From the IMG/VR virus record IMGVR_UViG_3300032046_000009: a stretch of DNA of 64,000 bases, one strand, 5' to 3'. Positions 61,814-64,000 of this stretch are shown here, piece after piece. Source of the stretch: a virus (lineage: Duplodnaviria; Heunggongvirae; Uroviricota; Caudoviricetes). Below the pieces are notes generated by a model. The model was given only the letters and a program-made list of their open reading frames with translations. It made no database searches and was not told the DNA's origin. Each line of letters begins with the position of its first letter. Within the stretch, counting starts at the first letter, position 1. The position numbers and the translations under genes are program-made.

Positions 61814-62686
61814 TTATTCTTGATGAGAACTGCCTTTTGGTGCGGGGAAGGACATTTTTCGTTCTTCCTCTTCCATTTTCGCCTTACGAAGTTCTGCACA
61901 TTTCTTGCTGTCGGTTGTCTTGTCGTAAACAAACTGGAAAAAGTTTTCTTCTAGGAAACGGTAGATACTATCAATCGGTATGAAAAATCCCATCCAAGTG
62001 ATTATGTCCACACCGAAACCAAGTTGCACACTTGCTACTCTAGCGGTATTTCCTATATATTCATAGGTATCTTCCAGAAAAACTGGACCGCCTGAGTTGC
62101 CAAAGATGATGTTGGCAGAAGTCATCCAGTATTCTTTTGCTTCTATTTGGTCGCCTTTGCTTGTCAAACTTCCAAAAGTGAAAAACGGATTATGTGCCAT
62201 CGAACAACCACAGCTTATCATTGATGTGCCGAGTTTTATATCATCTCCTTTTTCTCTTGGAAAGAGTTTTGCAACATGTTCTACTTTATCAGAGCATTTT
62301 ACCTTGAGTAAAGCGACATCAAGTGGTTTATCATAAGCAACTATTTCGGCATCCAAAGTTGTGCCACCTATGCATCGACTCAACTTTTCGTATTTGAAAA
62401 GTTCCACACGCACAAGTTCGTTAGCTTCAACCGTGATGTCTTTCTTGGAAATGCTAGACCACTTTTTGACGAACTTGATTGCTTCTTCAACAACGTGGTG
62501 GCAAGTTACAACATATGATTCATACTCTTTGTCTTCGTCTGGTTTGTCGATAGTCTCTGGTGTTACAGCCGAGTAGATAACTACGCCAGTTCCAGCGGCA
62601 TGTTCCGTCAAAACTCTAACAATAGGATAAAGGATATTCCGATGAATTTCTTTTAGTTTTTCAGCAGATATTCCCATCATAGTCAC
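61814..62686 (-). CDS. trypsin-like (S1/HtrA-type) serine peptidase
   Basis: His motif VTCHHVV and Ser motif GNSGGPVF in the correct order; 290 aa. Confidence 0.6.
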   Translation of the reverse strand: MTMMGISAEKLKEIHRNILYPIVRVLTEHAAGTGVVIYSAVTPETIDKPDEDKEYESYVVTCHHVVEEAIKFVKKWSSISKKDITVEANELVRVELFKYEKLSRCIGGTTLDAEIVAYDKPLDVALLKVKCSDKVEHVAKLFPREKGDDIKLGTSMISCGCSMAHNPFFTFGSLTSKGDQIEAKEYWMTSANIIFGNSGGPVFLEDTYEYIGNTARVASVQLGFGVDIITWMGFFIPIDSIYRFLEENFFQFVYDKTTDSKKCAELRKAKMEEEERKMSFPAPKGSSHQE

Positions 62687-62734
62687 CTATAAAGTAATAG
62701 ACAACCCAAGTATATAAGTGTTATGGTTTATGGT

Positions 62735-63091
62735 TTAACCAAAACTTTGTCCTATATGGTCAATTACACCAGACCAACCACCATCGCCATCTTCATCCTC
62801 TTCTTCTTCTTCCTCATCTGGACCCATTAATTCATTCCAAATATTGTTTTCGCTTTTCTCTCCATCTTCGGGCGGTGGGGGCAAGACATCCTCTTCCATT
62901 CTTTCTAAAATATGAAAAGCGCAAAGATAAATTTGAACCATCTCATACATTCCTCTACGTTCACGTTTCACAAGAACAGGATACAAACTTTCAGTTGATT
63001 TACCACAAACATCACACTTCGGACCAATAGCTTTCTCTTTTGCTTCTTCTTCCTCTGGGCAATAATCGTCTTCTGACATAATCAACACCAA
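62735..63091 (-). CDS. acidic zinc-ribbon protein (118 aa)
   Basis: track ORF. Confidence 0.5.
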   Translation of the reverse strand: MVLIMSEDDYCPEEEEAKEKAIGPKCDVCGKSTESLYPVLVKRERRGMYEMVQIYLCAFHILERMEEDVLPPPPEDGEKSENNIWNELMGPDEEEEEEDEDGDGGWSGVIDHIGQSFG

Positions 63092-63121
63092 GAAAGATAA
63101 AGTAGAAGTAGTATTTAAAGG

Positions 63122-63691
63122 TTATGGATGTGGTCTCTGAGCAGTTTCCGAAGCGTGTTTCTCGCGTTTTCGTTTGTTGAAATCATGACGTACATTAATG
63201 TTAATCATGTAAAGGGCTTGCAATATCTTGCCTTTAGAATCACAAACTCTACAAGTGAAATATTTCATACATTTTTCCTTTCTAAAGAGGCGGCAAACTG
63301 GAAACATATGACTATCCATATACCAAAAGAATCCTTTCTCTATGGTGTTCTCAAGAATAGAACGAACATTATCATCCCATCGTATAACTACTTCGTCAGA
63401 ATCTATAGCAAAAACCCAATCTCCTTCTGCCACATTTTCTATAGAAGCATCTCTGCATTTTTGTTCACTCATTGGGGACGATAACATAATATAGTCTGCT
63501 TTCGTCTTAGAGGTTTTAGAGAAATTTTCTATTATTTGTTTCGTATCGTCAGAAGAATGCAAAGTTGACGGGTTAATCAGCCAACAAGTATCGTAACAAT
63601 GAATCTCATCAACTTTTCCATCCACACTTCTTAGCGTTTCGAGTAGCATATCTCCGCAATTGTAAACTGGTATCACACAAATTATTCGCAT
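63122..63691 (-). CDS. family-2-like glycosyltransferase (189 aa), paralog of 49519..50175
   Basis: ICVIPVYNCGDMLLETLRSVDGKVDEI and AIDSDEVV blocks shared with the paralog. Confidence 0.5.
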   Translation of the reverse strand: MRIICVIPVYNCGDMLLETLRSVDGKVDEIHCYDTCWLINPSTLHSSDDTKQIIENFSKTSKTKADYIMLSSPMSEQKCRDASIENVAEGDWVFAIDSDEVVIRWDDNVRSILENTIEKGFFWYMDSHMFPVCRLFRKEKCMKYFTCRVCDSKGKILQALYMININVRHDFNKRKREKHASETAQRPHP

Positions 63692-63963
63692 TTATATCTA
63701 TCTCTTGGAAATGGGGTTGCATGTGGTCCGTAGTTCCGAACTATGCATTCCACTTCCTTCCAGCCTAACATTTTGCAAGCTCTCAATCTGTGAACACCTT
63801 CTACAACTTCATAGTAATCTTTTACTCGATGAATTTCTATCGGATTTTTCAAACCATTTTTTGAGATGTCTTCAGCTAATTCTTCTACACGCCGTTTAGC
63901 CGCTTTGAATCTACTATAATACAAGTCAAAGTCATCACGAATTTCATCAATTTTGACTAACAT
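63682..63963 (-). CDS. ParB/Srx-like nuclease-domain protein (93 aa)
   Basis: VVEGVHRLRAC (GxHR) motif; directly upstream of the GT2 paralog. Confidence 0.45.
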   Translation of the reverse strand: MLVKIDEIRDDFDLYYSRFKAAKRRVEELAEDISKNGLKNPIEIHRVKDYYEVVEGVHRLRACKMLGWKEVECIVRNYGPHATPFPRDRYKCE

Positions 63964-64000
63964 TTTATCACTTCGACTTTGGTGGACGTGGACTAGCCTG

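Noticed and set aside
1-64000. CRISPR array, rRNA or tRNA genes
   Set aside because: No regularly spaced repeat-spacer structure was seen. No tRNA-like T-arm or acceptor pattern (GGTTCGAATCC-type with matching stems) was found on either strand in the inspected GC-rich islands. No rRNA-like conserved blocks were seen.

Overview
The window is a 64 kb, AT-rich (roughly 38-40% GC by eye), gene-dense segment with almost all genes on the minus strand. Expression signals look archaeal: BRE/TATA promoters (consensus in gene orientation about CGAAGGTTTATAWAGGACGCTG) roughly 30-35 nt before start codons, oligo-T terminators, Shine-Dalgarno-like GGTG/AAGG before internal cistrons, and frequent GTG/TTG starts. 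The gene content suggests an accessory island, or an integrated or extrachromosomal element such as a virus or plasmid, rather than core chromosome. It includes HNH endonucleases, ParB-like nuclease domains, GT2 glycosyltransferases, a MoxR AAA+ plus VWA pair, a RecA-superfamily ATPase, an SPFH protein, a DUSP-like phosphatase, a trypsin-like protease, a nucleotidyltransferase/ligase-like protein and several minimal HExxH proteins. The dominant feature is a very large expansion of small (about 15-130 aa), mostly Cys-rich zinc-ribbon-like ORFs that all end in a conserved C-terminal tail. The tail is (E/K/P)(K/R/V)-V-x-F-(T/S/D) followed by a stop codon. I count about 84 members, about 60 from the ORF track and about 24 shorter ones found by hand. 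They are packed in polycistronic arrays on both strands, with adjacent genes joined by overlapping stop/start junctions (ATGA, TTGA, GTGA). Other recurrent structures are an extended promoter box of about 45 bp (about 30 copies), a palindrome TTAATCA-NN-TGATTAA (about 22 copies), a three-copy composite intergenic module, a G-tract-rich 600 bp non-coding block, and several GC-rich promoter-driven ORF-less segments that are candidate structured RNAs. No CRISPR array, rRNA or convincing tRNA was found. Coordinates of the hand-found small ORFs are approximate (+/-3 nt).
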